Shown: piece by piece, positions 29,754 to 39,823 of the stretch
Layout of the letters: each line of letters starts with the position of its first letter
Numbering within the stretch: position 1 is the first letter of the stretch
IMG/VR virus record: IMGVR_UViG_3300024999_000044
Location: 64,001-128,000 of that record
Origin: a virus
Strand: one strand, 5' to 3'
Length of the DNA: 64,000 nt
The notes under the pieces: generated by a model
The model's database searches: none
What the model was told of the DNA's origin: nothing
The model's input: the letters and a program-made list of their open reading frames with translations, nothing else
Position numbers and translations under genes: made by a program

Positions 29754-30428
29754 GTGGATACTATGTCAAATACTTTAGAGTATTTTAGATATACCCTGGA
29801 CAACAGTGTGTTAGATAAGATCTTATCCCCTTGCTATAATCTTAGTGCCATACTTGGTGACACAGAAGGATATATCCCCAGATCCACCTGTAAATCTGCG
29901 CTGAGGGATTACACATTAATTCCCCCAGGAGTAGTCGTTAATACACGTATAGACTTGACTAAGGCTTTTTTAGAATCTAGTTTCATAGGGGAAGTATCCA
30001 GCAAGTCCGTGGAGGTTCACTCAAAACTGCTAAAAAATGATCCTATGATAGTGCTGCCTAGCATGACCTCTTATGTGGTGTCTGACAGTCCCTTATTAAG
30101 ATACTCGCATGCATTAGGGGGCTTAGATCGTGTATGGTGTAATGTCTTATATATAGAGGCTCTAAGTATCTATGGAGAATTAAAGACAAGCACCCTTTCT
30201 AGCATCATGCAGGGAGTTACTAAATTTGATCTATCCCGTATAGATCATAATATAAGAGTTGTTACTCAATCCCTGGAATACAGAAACGGTAAGTTACCAA
30301 TTGAATTAATACATGTCTTACGGGATTTGCAGAGAACTGTAGCATATGTAAAGCGTATGGACTTCTTATTTCTCGATTCCTACTCTAACCAGTCTAATAA
30401 TTATTTTAGCCTGAAAGGAGTAACCTAA
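29754..30428 (+). CDS. baseplate structural protein
   Basis: 224-aa ORF, synteny only. Confidence 0.4.
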   Translation: MDTMSNTLEYFRYTLDNSVLDKILSPCYNLSAILGDTEGYIPRSTCKSALRDYTLIPPGVVVNTRIDLTKAFLESSFIGEVSSKSVEVHSKLLKNDPMIVLPSMTSYVVSDSPLLRYSHALGGLDRVWCNVLYIEALSIYGELKTSTLSSIMQGVTKFDLSRIDHNIRVVTQSLEYRNGKLPIELIHVLRDLQRTVAYVKRMDFLFLDSYSNQSNNYFSLKGVT

Positions 30429-31073
30429 ATGGAAAGAATAGAAAAATATACTGTACGCGAAGGAGACACCATAAGAGGCATTGCGCAGAAAGTGCTACTG
30501 AATGCCAATAAATGGTCTGATATAGTGATATATAATCAGTTAGATTACCCATTTATAGTCGGGATGGGATACTACAATTCATTAGGGGTAAATGTCAAGA
30601 AACCTGGGGATGTAATTCTGATACCTGTGGAAATTCTGAGTTCTTCCGTGACTAACGTAGATGTGAATGCAGGTGACCTGATATTTGGGTCAGATTTTAT
30701 GCTGTCTAGGGATGATTCAAATTTATCTCAAGCTGGTCAAGATGACTTAAAAGTTGATACATCCACTCTAGACTACGCAGTTGTGTCTGGGATTCAATGC
30801 TTAAAACAGGATTTAGTGCATCGTCTTAGAACTAAAAAAGGTACTCTAGTTTATCACCCTGAGTATGGTAGTAATTTTATGGAAATAATCGGAAATAAGG
30901 GTGATACAAACTGGAGAGATAAAGCCGTTATAGAGCTTATCAAAACATTTAGAAGTGATTCTAGAGTTGTTGATGTGTTAGATGTTAGCGTGACCTCTCT
31001 AGATGAGTCAGTCAGCATTAGTTGTAAGATAGTTACTTCTAAGGGTTCATATAGCATATATAGTACTCTGTAA
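30429..31073 (+). CDS. baseplate protein with N-terminal LysM-like domain and gp25/GpW-like C-terminal region
   Basis: 'YTVREGDTIRGIAQKVLLNANKWSDIVIYNQL' LysM-like; C-terminal 'IELIKTFRSDSRVVDVLDVSV' resembles the gp25/W family. Confidence 0.5.
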   Translation: MERIEKYTVREGDTIRGIAQKVLLNANKWSDIVIYNQLDYPFIVGMGYYNSLGVNVKKPGDVILIPVEILSSSVTNVDVNAGDLIFGSDFMLSRDDSNLSQAGQDDLKVDTSTLDYAVVSGIQCLKQDLVHRLRTKKGTLVYHPEYGSNFMEIIGNKGDTNWRDKAVIELIKTFRSDSRVVDVLDVSVTSLDESVSISCKIVTSKGSYSIYSTL

Positions 31074-32143
31074 TGAAATGGGGGTTCACAATGGGTCTAA
31101 CTATTAAAACATTTGACGTTATACTCAATAATATGATAAACTGGATTAAGTCTAACAACTCCAAAATAACTAATTTTTCAGTGGGTTCAGTATCCAGAAC
31201 TATGCTTGAATCTATAGCCGTTGAGTTAGAATCTTCTTATTACCAGATGTATAAAGCATTTATCAGTGCCGTGGAGAACTCTGCATTGAATAGCTTTGGC
31301 TTTGAGAAATACCCCTCTGTGCCTTCATCTGGCACTATAACCATCACCTTTAAGTATCCCATATCCAGTGCGATGACTATACCTTCGGGATTTCGATTTT
31401 ATGCTGTCTCCTCTAATAATTTGATATACTTTGAAACAACCTCTGATAATTTGATACCTGTGGGTTCCCAAAGTGTGGATATGTTAATTCAGTGCACCCA
31501 ACCCGGTAAAATCGGTAATGTATCAGCGGGCTCAATAAAATCAAGTATGACTAATTTGGAGCAAATTTACTCAATTTCTAATAACGAGGCTTTTTATAAT
31601 GGAAAGGTGGAAGAAACCCCAGAAGAACTGAGAATTAGGTTCTCGGCCTATGTGGATACTTTAGCCAAAGGGACGAATGCCGCCCTGAAATATGGGTGCC
31701 TAACTGTTCCAGGAGTTACTGGGGCTATAATAATTGATGGTATAGGTGCTGTAAGAATATATGCTCATAATGCAGATGGTGAATTACCCCCAGATTTACG
31801 GGATGCTGTGGTTGCGTCTCTAGAGGATTATAGGCCGGCTGGCATAAAGGTAGAAATACTCCCAGTGTCCAAAAAAACTGTAAATCTGACGGTATACGTA
31901 CAATTAACGGAGGACGAAGACATAGACAAACTTATGTATCAACAATTAATACTAACTTCAGTAATTTTATTTTTGAGTCAGTACACAGTATCTGAGAGTG
32001 TTGTGATCTCGGAGCTAATTTCTTTTATACGTAATTTAGATGCTGATGTCATATACGATGTTCACATCTCCCCTTCTTCCAACATAGTGGTCCAAGAAAA
32101 TGAATTAGTAAGACCAGATGATGTAGTCGTTATAGTTAGCTAG
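31073..32143 (+). CDS. baseplate J-like protein
   Basis: 356 aa following the gp25-like gene; size and order consistent with baseplate J. Confidence 0.5.
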   Translation: MKWGFTMGLTIKTFDVILNNMINWIKSNNSKITNFSVGSVSRTMLESIAVELESSYYQMYKAFISAVENSALNSFGFEKYPSVPSSGTITITFKYPISSAMTIPSGFRFYAVSSNNLIYFETTSDNLIPVGSQSVDMLIQCTQPGKIGNVSAGSIKSSMTNLEQIYSISNNEAFYNGKVEETPEELRIRFSAYVDTLAKGTNAALKYGCLTVPGVTGAIIIDGIGAVRIYAHNADGELPPDLRDAVVASLEDYRPAGIKVEILPVSKKTVNLTVYVQLTEDEDIDKLMYQQLILTSVILFLSQYTVSESVVISELISFIRNLDADVIYDVHISPSSNIVVQENELVRPDDVVVIVS

Positions 32144-32153
32144 GAGGTGGAAT

Positions 32154-33419
32154 ATGGGTGAAATATTTAATAGTTTAATATCCATATTCAACAACACGCC
32201 AAAAGGTGAGTTAAAATGTCTGACAGATTGTGTCAATAATTCTTTTATGGAGTTATGGAATGACCAGTCTTTACTAAACTTAGAGTACAACATAACTACA
32301 TCTACAGGCGAGTGGCTTGAAGAATGGGGTAAATGGTTTGGTGTTCCTAGATCTGCGGAGGAATTGAATGAGTCTTATCGTACTAGGATACTGTTAGTGC
32401 TCACAAAACCCAGGATTACCGCCCCTGCCTTAAAGAGTATCGTGGAGTCATATGTTGATGACCCTGGCAATATTTCTCAGATATATGAGCCTTTTAATAA
32501 CATATTTACTTTTAACAAATCTGCATTCAGTGGTAAAGATAAGCTACAAAGTGGAAGTTATTATAGGTCTGGGGTAGTTGACATTATCTCCCCAGAATCT
32601 AACAAATCAATGATGCAAGAGATACAGAGATCTAAGGGGGCAGGCATAAAAGCTTACTACCAAGCTAATTCTATACTAGGTGGAGATGGGAATTATGGTG
32701 AAGTATCTTTTGGTGAGTGGGTCTTAACTCAATTTTATTCTTTGCACTGTGATATGCCTATCAAGGATAAGCTGGAAACCTGCGTGTTTAGTGGTGCATA
32801 TTCTGGTAGGGGTCTTCGTTCCGGTAGGCAGGTTACCTTTGATACCCAAGAAATACAACAAGTGTTTGGAGCATCAATGCTCTTAGATATAGCACCTAGG
32901 TCATATGATAGGGAGTTTACTGGTGGGTTGTTAGGGGAACCTCAAATAGATGTGAGCATAAATGGTGGGGAACTGGGTGATGACTTACCTATAGGTGAAG
33001 TGCTGTATGGTGGAGAATTGAATAACTCCTTAGACCTTGTCATGCACAATTTAGATTTTGAGGTTCCTAGCTATGAGGTGAGGATAAAACATAAAGGCAT
33101 CTGCACTAGAAGTAGCTATTCTGGTATGAGAAGCGGTAGATACTCTCTATCAGGGACTTACACGGGGGAAATAGATGGAAACACAAAGATTATGGAAATA
33201 TTCCCAACCAGTAATCTGTACACTGTGTCCGTTGTAAAGGATAAGAAGATACGAGACATTGTTGAGGACTACAGTGGTGGGGTAGAAGTGTATATACACA
33301 GAATTTCTGGGGACTCCCTATATGGTGGTGAATTAGGGGATGCCTTACCCATCACAGGAAGTATCAGTGGTGGTGAATTAGGTTTATACGAATATGTGCA
33401 ACAAGTGATAGAAGGTTAG
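32154..33419 (+). CDS. baseplate/tail protein (gpI-like position)
   Basis: 421-aa ORF; synteny. Confidence 0.45.
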   Translation: MGEIFNSLISIFNNTPKGELKCLTDCVNNSFMELWNDQSLLNLEYNITTSTGEWLEEWGKWFGVPRSAEELNESYRTRILLVLTKPRITAPALKSIVESYVDDPGNISQIYEPFNNIFTFNKSAFSGKDKLQSGSYYRSGVVDIISPESNKSMMQEIQRSKGAGIKAYYQANSILGGDGNYGEVSFGEWVLTQFYSLHCDMPIKDKLETCVFSGAYSGRGLRSGRQVTFDTQEIQQVFGASMLLDIAPRSYDREFTGGLLGEPQIDVSINGGELGDDLPIGEVLYGGELNNSLDLVMHNLDFEVPSYEVRIKHKGICTRSSYSGMRSGRYSLSGTYTGEIDGNTKIMEIFPTSNLYTVSVVKDKKIRDIVEDYSGGVEVYIHRISGDSLYGGELGDALPITGSISGGELGLYEYVQQVIEG

Positions 33420-33431
33420 GAGGAGATACAA

Positions 33432-35066
33432 ATGGCAGACGGAAGAGATCTAATACAACTGAGGTATGGTTTAAAGGTTAATCTAGGCACTCCTGCTGAG
33501 AACGAGCCAGTTTACATCACAGATGAAGAGGAGTTATATATAGGTAAGGGGGTTGGGGTGGAACCCAGAAAAGCTACCCAGACTGTTAGGAATATGATTG
33601 AAAGTCTTTCCTCTGATACCGAGGAGGGATTATTACTAAAGGTTGATAAGGTAGAGGGTAAAGGACTATCTACTAATGATTATACCAGTGCAGAAAAGGC
33701 AGAAGTAGCAAAGGTAGTCCTTAAAACAAATCAGGAGGACTTTGCTTCGTTCAAGGCAGATAATGTGAAACATACTAAGTATATTTTCGGCAGGGAGTAC
33801 CTAGTTGCTTACCAAGAAAAGTTAAGGTTAAAACAAGCAGTTACACTATCATTTTCAGGCCCTAGCACTATTGAAGGGGATGCTATAACAGACCCAAAAT
33901 GGATACTGTCCACAGCATCTAGGGATATATTAACCCTTTATGGTGTTCACAATGCGACCTGCTTGAATAAAGGTCATAGTGGAATGTCTGTTCAAACATG
34001 GTTAGATTCTTATATTACTGAGGATATGGCCGAAAATCCAGATGCTTATTTTGTTCAATGGGGACCAAATGACTCAGGTGGTCTGCCATTTACACAAGCA
34101 AAAGTGGACGCGTTCGAAACAAAACTAAGAACTGGACTTGCCACTATACGGGCAAGTAAAACGGTTCAACAGATGAGTATTGTGTTAATGATGCCAAACT
34201 CAATGAATGATAGTCCTAATGGCAGGGACGCGACTTGGTTCGATGCAATTACCCCAGTGATAAAAAGGGCGTGTAGAGATTATTTTTGTTGTTTCGTGGA
34301 CACCTACAATTATTTATTAGATTCAACGAATGTAGTATGGCAAGATGATCCTTATGCAGACGGTCGGCATATTCATCCGTTAAATATTGGAAATGTCTGG
34401 ATAACATCATTGTTAACTCCAGTTATCATCCCAGAAGCGTTAAGATGGTATGGCTTTATTAATTATCCTGCTAGTACGGTCATACTGGATGGCACGGAAT
34501 TACCCTCGACTTTTAATAACGGAATTACGTTAAATAGGGCGCAAGGTTCAGTACCTTATGACGGTTTACTTAAAACAGTTAAGCAGGTTGACGGTGCAGC
34601 TTATCAGTTTAATACACCTTATAACGCAGGAAAATCTGAATTAGCTTTTAGAACATCCAATAATTTAACGGATAGCTGGAATGAATGGGAGGTCTTCCCC
34701 CAGATTTTTAACGTGCCTAATAGCGTGGAGCATAGAGAAATTACGGATAACTATAATAGATATCCTGCTGACGTATCTATGTATAGGGCAACGACAGGCT
34801 TTCTGATTGACGGTGCTGTGTTTACTTTTAAACAGGCTGACGGCGTTACCTTGGTATTGAATGTGGGGTATGGGGAGACTCCGGAGATAGCATTTAGGAC
34901 GTTTGACATAAGTGGCAACGCTTTTACGGCTTTTCACACACTTGCGAATGGGGTTACTGGTGCGGCAAACCCTAACACCAGTGGTGCAACATTGGGTGAA
35001 TTAGAAACGGAGGTAAATGAGTTAAAGGCTATACTACGGACGTTTAAGATTATAGCTAGTTCGTAG
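33432..35066 (+). CDS. tail fibre with SGNH/GDSL-type hydrolase (esterase/deacetylase-like) domain
   Basis: N-terminal anchor homologous to the 39824 ORF (DLIQ, EEELYIG, SFKAxN); SGNH blocks 'FVQWGPNDSGG' (GxND) and 'ADGRHIHP' (DxxH). Confidence 0.55.
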   Translation: MADGRDLIQLRYGLKVNLGTPAENEPVYITDEEELYIGKGVGVEPRKATQTVRNMIESLSSDTEEGLLLKVDKVEGKGLSTNDYTSAEKAEVAKVVLKTNQEDFASFKADNVKHTKYIFGREYLVAYQEKLRLKQAVTLSFSGPSTIEGDAITDPKWILSTASRDILTLYGVHNATCLNKGHSGMSVQTWLDSYITEDMAENPDAYFVQWGPNDSGGLPFTQAKVDAFETKLRTGLATIRASKTVQQMSIVLMMPNSMNDSPNGRDATWFDAITPVIKRACRDYFCCFVDTYNYLLDSTNVVWQDDPYADGRHIHPLNIGNVWITSLLTPVIIPEALRWYGFINYPASTVILDGTELPSTFNNGITLNRAQGSVPYDGLLKTVKQVDGAAYQFNTPYNAGKSELAFRTSNNLTDSWNEWEVFPQIFNVPNSVEHREITDNYNRYPADVSMYRATTGFLIDGAVFTFKQADGVTLVLNVGYGETPEIAFRTFDISGNAFTAFHTLANGVTGAANPNTSGATLGELETEVNELKAILRTFKIIASS

Positions 35067-35102
35067 TTGACAGAAAAAGCGAAACAACTCTCCAAAATCA
35101 TT
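35062..35102 (+). repeat. 41-bp element cgtagttgacagaaaaagcgaaacaactctc(c/t)(a/g)aaatcatt, copy 1, overlapping the stop codon of the fibre gene
   Basis: identical (2 mismatches) to 41991-42031 after the other fibre gene. Confidence 0.9.
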
Positions 35103-35149
35103 AGGGGAGAAAACTAGGAAACACCCCAATAAGAAGAGGAGGTAACAAT

Positions 35150-35698
35150 ATGTCAGTAACCCATCTAAAAGGCCACGTATCTAGGGCTATGGACTTTTAT
35201 AACAAACCTGATGTGTATTTTGGCATAGGTAAGCCTACTGCCTGGACGGAGGCAGATAGAACCACAGCCACCCCCACCACCACGGTTATAGGAGAATCCT
35301 ATCCACCCACCCCCACCAACACAGATGAGCTCATAGATCCCATAGCATACAAAAAGGTAGAATCCATATTTTTAGTAAGGCCTGACCCTTCTGGTGAGTT
35401 GACCTATCGTAATACTAAATGGAAGATAGTTTCCTATGCTGATGCACTTTCTCAAGGTGCTAGATGGGTGTACATTTCTACCTTTTTGTCCTATTCAGAA
35501 TTACCAACAGACATAGTTTATAGACAGATTGCTGCCTACACTAGGTTGGTTAAGCAAGTTAGTGTTCCGATAGGGCAATATGTCCTGTTACCTGGTGAGG
35601 TCACAGACCCTGGCATTATTGAAGTTATTGACAATAGAAAGCCAGTGTATAGGGATCCTGATCAGAGAGAACAATTAGTTTTAATCGTAGAATTCTAG
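35150..35698 (+). CDS. hypothetical protein
   Basis: 182-aa ORF with RBS ggagg. Confidence 0.5.
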   Translation: MSVTHLKGHVSRAMDFYNKPDVYFGIGKPTAWTEADRTTATPTTTVIGESYPPTPTNTDELIDPIAYKKVESIFLVRPDPSGELTYRNTKWKIVSYADALSQGARWVYISTFLSYSELPTDIVYRQIAAYTRLVKQVSVPIGQYVLLPGEVTDPGIIEVIDNRKPVYRDPDQREQLVLIVEF

Positions 35699-35727
35699 AC
35701 ACATTAAAATAAACGGAGGTGTACTGC

Positions 35728-38700
35728 ATGCCAAACCCCATCATAACTGCTCCTTACTATGATGATTATGACCCTTCTAAAGGGTATACCACTATATTGG
35801 CTGTACCAGGCTCAGCAGAGCAAGCCAGGGAATTTACACAAATCCAAACTACCCTATACGACCATATAGGTAGACTTGGCGACACTATACTGAAAAATGG
35901 GTCAGTAGTGGATGGGTGTGTTTTGACGGTTAGTGGTAATGACGCCGTCATCTCATCTGGCAGGATATACATGGATGGCTTAGTTAGATTGGTGGATGGT
36001 GTTACTCTTACTATCGACGGGGTGGGGTCAGAAGTCATTGGAGTTAAACTGATCACAACTATAGTAACGGAAATAGAAGACCCCACACTTAGAGATCCCG
36101 CCATGGGATACGAGAATTTTGGTCAAACTGGCGCACATCGGTCAAAGGAGATTGTCCAATTTGCTAGAAATAACCCTGAATTTACAACCATTTTTAGGTT
36201 GGAAGGTGGGGTTCTTTTAAAGTCAGATATATCACCAGAAATTGATGTTATTACTGATGTGCTGGCACGCAGGACTTATGATGAAAATGGTAACTACAAA
36301 ATAAATGGATTAGACCTAAGAGATAGAAACGAGGTTAGAGATGGCAAACTCCTCATATCTCTCACAGAGGGTAAGGCGTACATTCAGGGGTTTGAAATGA
36401 TAAAACCTGCTGCCTCCACAGTTTCTATAAACTATAGCCAAACTACCAGACAAGTTTTAAATGAGCCCAAAGGATATATCACAGGTATTGATAGATACCT
36501 ATTAAACAATCAGCCTGTTAAGGAGATCACTCAGGTAAAAGCAACTGTGCAAAAGGTAGACATCTTAACTAGGGGTAACGTGTCGGGTGGTATCGACTAC
36601 TTATCTAAAACTCCTGTAGTTAATATTGTTTCAGTCGTAGCTGGTGGAACCACATATGTTAATGGGGTTGACTATCAACTAACTAATGATGGGGTGGACT
36701 GGTCCCTCCCAGGCATAGATCCCAGTATCGGTACCACGTATACCGTAACTTATAAATATAACAAAATCATGGTTTTAGGAACAGATATAGAGTTAGAGCT
36801 GTTTGAATATAACCATTATCTCCATTTCCTCGACGGTGATCGTCCAGTAACCGGGACTACCGTTGACGCTAGTTATAACTTTTATCTGGCTAGGAAAGAC
36901 TTAGTGACCTTAGACAAGGACGGAGTTGCCAATGTCCTTGAGGGTAAACCAGAGATTGTCAGACTATCCGAAACCCCCCTAAATCAAGACACCACTAAAC
37001 TCATAATTGGTACGGTTCTAGTGTATCCAAATTCAGGAAAAATGGACATAAGTAACTTCAACACAGTGAGGCTATCCCAATCTGACCTGTTTAGACTGTC
37101 CAAAAGGGTTGATGACATAGAGTACAATCAAGCCATGACGGATTTAGACAAAGAGGCGGCAGATGGAGAGGCAGCTACTGATCTTAAGGGCATATTTACA
37201 GATGGGTTTATAGGTGTCACTAAATCTGATTTAACCCATCCAGAGTATGATGCAACTATAGACTTAGATAATGAAGAATTAACCCTTCCATTTACGATTG
37301 GCATAAGTGAAATGACACCCAATACTCAGACCTACGAAACCCAGGTTTCTTCAATAGGTAGAATTATGATGGCACCATTTACACACTTAAAGGCTTTGAG
37401 CCAAACTTTTTCTACAGAGAGCTTTTTAGTCAATCCTTATGCCGTGTACAATCCCATGAGCCTAATTTCAGTTATACCTGCCGTAGATAACTGGATAGAC
37501 TCCACCAAGATTCTTCTAAATAAAACCGAGACAAAAACAACCACACTTAGGAGATGGTGGTATCACAGAGGAGAAAGTTGGGCAGAAGAAGAGAGACTAA
37601 AATGGATAGCCCTTGGCCTAGTTGATGGGGGAGCATCCTTAGGGTGGGGGTCTTCTACTTCCGTTGTTAGTACCAGTTCATCCATTACTTTAGATGAAGC
37701 TATCATGTATATGAGACAAAAAGTCGTTAAAGTTACAGGGCAAAATTTTACCCCTTCGGTTGACAATATAGTGTGTCGTTTTAACGACACCGTGGTTCCA
37801 TTAACCCCATTAGCACCTACCGTTGCTGGTACTCAAGCAGGTACGGTAAGGGCCGGTACGCAAGGAACGTTCACTGCTCAATTTACAGTACCCGCCAATA
37901 CCCCCTGTGGTAGTGTTGAGGTTAAATTATCTTCAGCCACTGGACATGGAACCGCCATATACCGAGCACAGGGCAGGAAACAGATTATTACTAATACAGT
38001 TCTTACCACTACTATAGTTATGGTGCCCATAGACCCATTGGCTCAATCCTTTTCATTTGAGTCTGACACTATTATAACCAGGATTGGGTTGTATTTTGCG
38101 ACAAAAGATCCAAGTAAGGCCATAGTAGTGCAGATCAGAAATATGGTAAATGGTTATCCAGGTACCACTTGCTATGCTGAAACTACTGTGCCTTCTAGTG
38201 CCATTACTGTGTCTGATAAGGGTCAGACAGCCACACTGGTAGACCTGAATCAGCCAGTGTATTGCAGATCCAACGAACAATACTGTATATGTGTGCTATC
38301 AGATTCCAATGTTTATAGTGTATTCACCGCTACACTGGGGGCCAGAGATCTTATAACAAATAATTATGTCACTAGCCAACCTTATTCCACGGGAGTGTTA
38401 TTTAGCTCCTCTAATGCTCTCACTTGGACCGCACACCAGACCCAAGACTTAAAATTTGATGTGTATAAGGCTAATTTTACTAGTAATGGACAAGTTGTAT
38501 TTAATGATGTAACAGGGCTTGCCTTGAATAGGCTCTTACTTGCTGCTCAAGTTTTAGATTACAGAAATGCTGGCATAGAATGGTACTATAAGGTAAACTC
38601 CAGTTCATGGTTACCTATAGAAACATATGTAGATAGGGAATTATCCTCTATCGCCAACAGCATATCATTAAAAGCTGTTTTTAATGTAGCCGACTCAACT

Positions 38701-39060
38701 TCTCCTATGTTAGCAGTGGATGCAGTAAATGTGGTGGGGTTTACTGATAAAACCTCTTGCACGTATGTCTCAAAAAATATTGTTATGGATGAGTCATTCA
38801 CAAAAATAAAGGTGTTGCTGGATCTTACACTGCCCTCAGGTACTGCGTGCCATGTGTACTACATGAATACTGATGTATCTGAGGTGTGGAATGAGTTGCT
38901 AACGCCTTCCATAATACCTGTGGATGAGGAATTTTCCAGGTATGAGTGGAATAAAGTGGATATCAATGCCAAAGAATTCAGAGTGAAAATAGTTCTGACT
39001 ACCACAAATCCACTAGCTCGACCTAGAGCTAAGAAATTGATGAACATCTTGAAATACTAA
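35728..39060 (+). CDS. large tail/baseplate structural protein (1110 aa)
   Basis: very long beta-rich ORF in the tail-fibre region; start moved to ATG after aacggaggtg (track start 35719). Confidence 0.55.
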   Translation: MPNPIITAPYYDDYDPSKGYTTILAVPGSAEQAREFTQIQTTLYDHIGRLGDTILKNGSVVDGCVLTVSGNDAVISSGRIYMDGLVRLVDGVTLTIDGVGSEVIGVKLITTIVTEIEDPTLRDPAMGYENFGQTGAHRSKEIVQFARNNPEFTTIFRLEGGVLLKSDISPEIDVITDVLARRTYDENGNYKINGLDLRDRNEVRDGKLLISLTEGKAYIQGFEMIKPAASTVSINYSQTTRQVLNEPKGYITGIDRYLLNNQPVKEITQVKATVQKVDILTRGNVSGGIDYLSKTPVVNIVSVVAGGTTYVNGVDYQLTNDGVDWSLPGIDPSIGTTYTVTYKYNKIMVLGTDIELELFEYNHYLHFLDGDRPVTGTTVDASYNFYLARKDLVTLDKDGVANVLEGKPEIVRLSETPLNQDTTKLIIGTVLVYPNSGKMDISNFNTVRLSQSDLFRLSKRVDDIEYNQAMTDLDKEAADGEAATDLKGIFTDGFIGVTKSDLTHPEYDATIDLDNEELTLPFTIGISEMTPNTQTYETQVSSIGRIMMAPFTHLKALSQTFSTESFLVNPYAVYNPMSLISVIPAVDNWIDSTKILLNKTETKTTTLRRWWYHRGESWAEEERLKWIALGLVDGGASLGWGSSTSVVSTSSSITLDEAIMYMRQKVVKVTGQNFTPSVDNIVCRFNDTVVPLTPLAPTVAGTQAGTVRAGTQGTFTAQFTVPANTPCGSVEVKLSSATGHGTAIYRAQGRKQIITNTVLTTTIVMVPIDPLAQSFSFESDTIITRIGLYFATKDPSKAIVVQIRNMVNGYPGTTCYAETTVPSSAITVSDKGQTATLVDLNQPVYCRSNEQYCICVLSDSNVYSVFTATLGARDLITNNYVTSQPYSTGVLFSSSNALTWTAHQTQDLKFDVYKANFTSNGQVVFNDVTGLALNRLLLAAQVLDYRNAGIEWYYKVNSSSWLPIETYVDRELSSIANSISLKAVFNVADSTSPMLAVDAVNVVGFTDKTSCTYVSKNIVMDESFTKIKVLLDLTLPSGTACHVYYMNTDVSEVWNELLTPSIIPVDEEFSRYEWNKVDINAKEFRVKIVLTTTNPLARPRAKKLMNILKY

Positions 39061-39068
39061 GACACCTG

Positions 39069-39108
39069 CGGGGATAATTAATACTATGATTATCCCCGTA
39101 TTTTATTT
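39069..39108 (+). terminator. Rho-independent terminator
   Basis: cggggataat/attatccccg stem followed by tattttattt. Confidence 0.65.
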
Positions 39109-39142
39109 AATGACCTATTTTTATTTAAGGAGGTATACCTTT

Positions 39143-39343
39143 ATGCCTACTAAGGTAATAGATAAAGAGCACGGTGCTGTTATGTATAAAAGAACGGAAG
39201 CGGAAAAGGAGTTCAGGGAATTGAGGGAAAGTACAGAAGATTTGGTAGCTGGGTATGAGGAGCTTAAAGCTGTTAACACAGATCTACAGGCCAAATACTT
39301 ACTTCTTGAAGAAATGATTAACTCATTGATTAGTAATCAATAG
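39143..39343 (+). CDS. small coiled-coil protein
   Basis: start moved to ATG after taaggaggt (track start 39086 lies inside the terminator). Confidence 0.45.
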   Translation: MPTKVIDKEHGAVMYKRTEAEKEFRELRESTEDLVAGYEELKAVNTDLQAKYLLLEEMINSLISNQ

Positions 39344-39354
39344 GAGGTTTACCT

Positions 39355-39810
39355 ATGGTTGAATTAACACCATTAAATCTGAATTTAGATACTTTTGAGG
39401 TTATTTTTGACAAGTTGTCCTCAAATACTACCGCAGTCAATGAAGAACTACAAAAAGTGGGGGCAGTCATACATGAGGAAACTTTCATAGCTTCAGATGG
39501 TCAAACAGTGTTTAATCTAGAAAACGGAGAATACACCCCCCAAACCCACACTCTGGAGGTATCCATTGATAACGTCCCACAATACTTACATCAAGGATTT
39601 AACGAAACCTCAAGGACAAGTTTTAGTGTCACTGAGCCTTTGGAGTTAGGTCAGGTGGTTAGGGTTAGGTACTACTCAGTAAATACCAAAATGTCTGTGG
39701 TGTATGTGGAAGATAGCTATAGTCTAAATGGTGGGAGTTTTGATGATGTGTTCGACCCGTTAATAAGTAAATCTATTAACGGGGGAGATTTTGATGATAT
39801 AGTGGAATAG
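39355..39810 (+). CDS. hypothetical protein
   Basis: 151-aa ORF with RBS ggagg. Confidence 0.5.
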   Translation: MVELTPLNLNLDTFEVIFDKLSSNTTAVNEELQKVGAVIHEETFIASDGQTVFNLENGEYTPQTHTLEVSIDNVPQYLHQGFNETSRTSFSVTEPLELGQVVRVRYYSVNTKMSVVYVEDSYSLNGGSFDDVFDPLISKSINGGDFDDIVE

Positions 39811-39823
39811 AGGAGGAAATAAC

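Noticed and set aside
35062-35092. Interpreting the 41-bp fibre-flanking element as a canonical sigma-A promoter
   Set aside because: It contains ttgaca, but no acceptable -10 hexamer lies 16-18 bp downstream in either copy. It is kept as a repeat/recombination boundary, with promoter function only a possibility.
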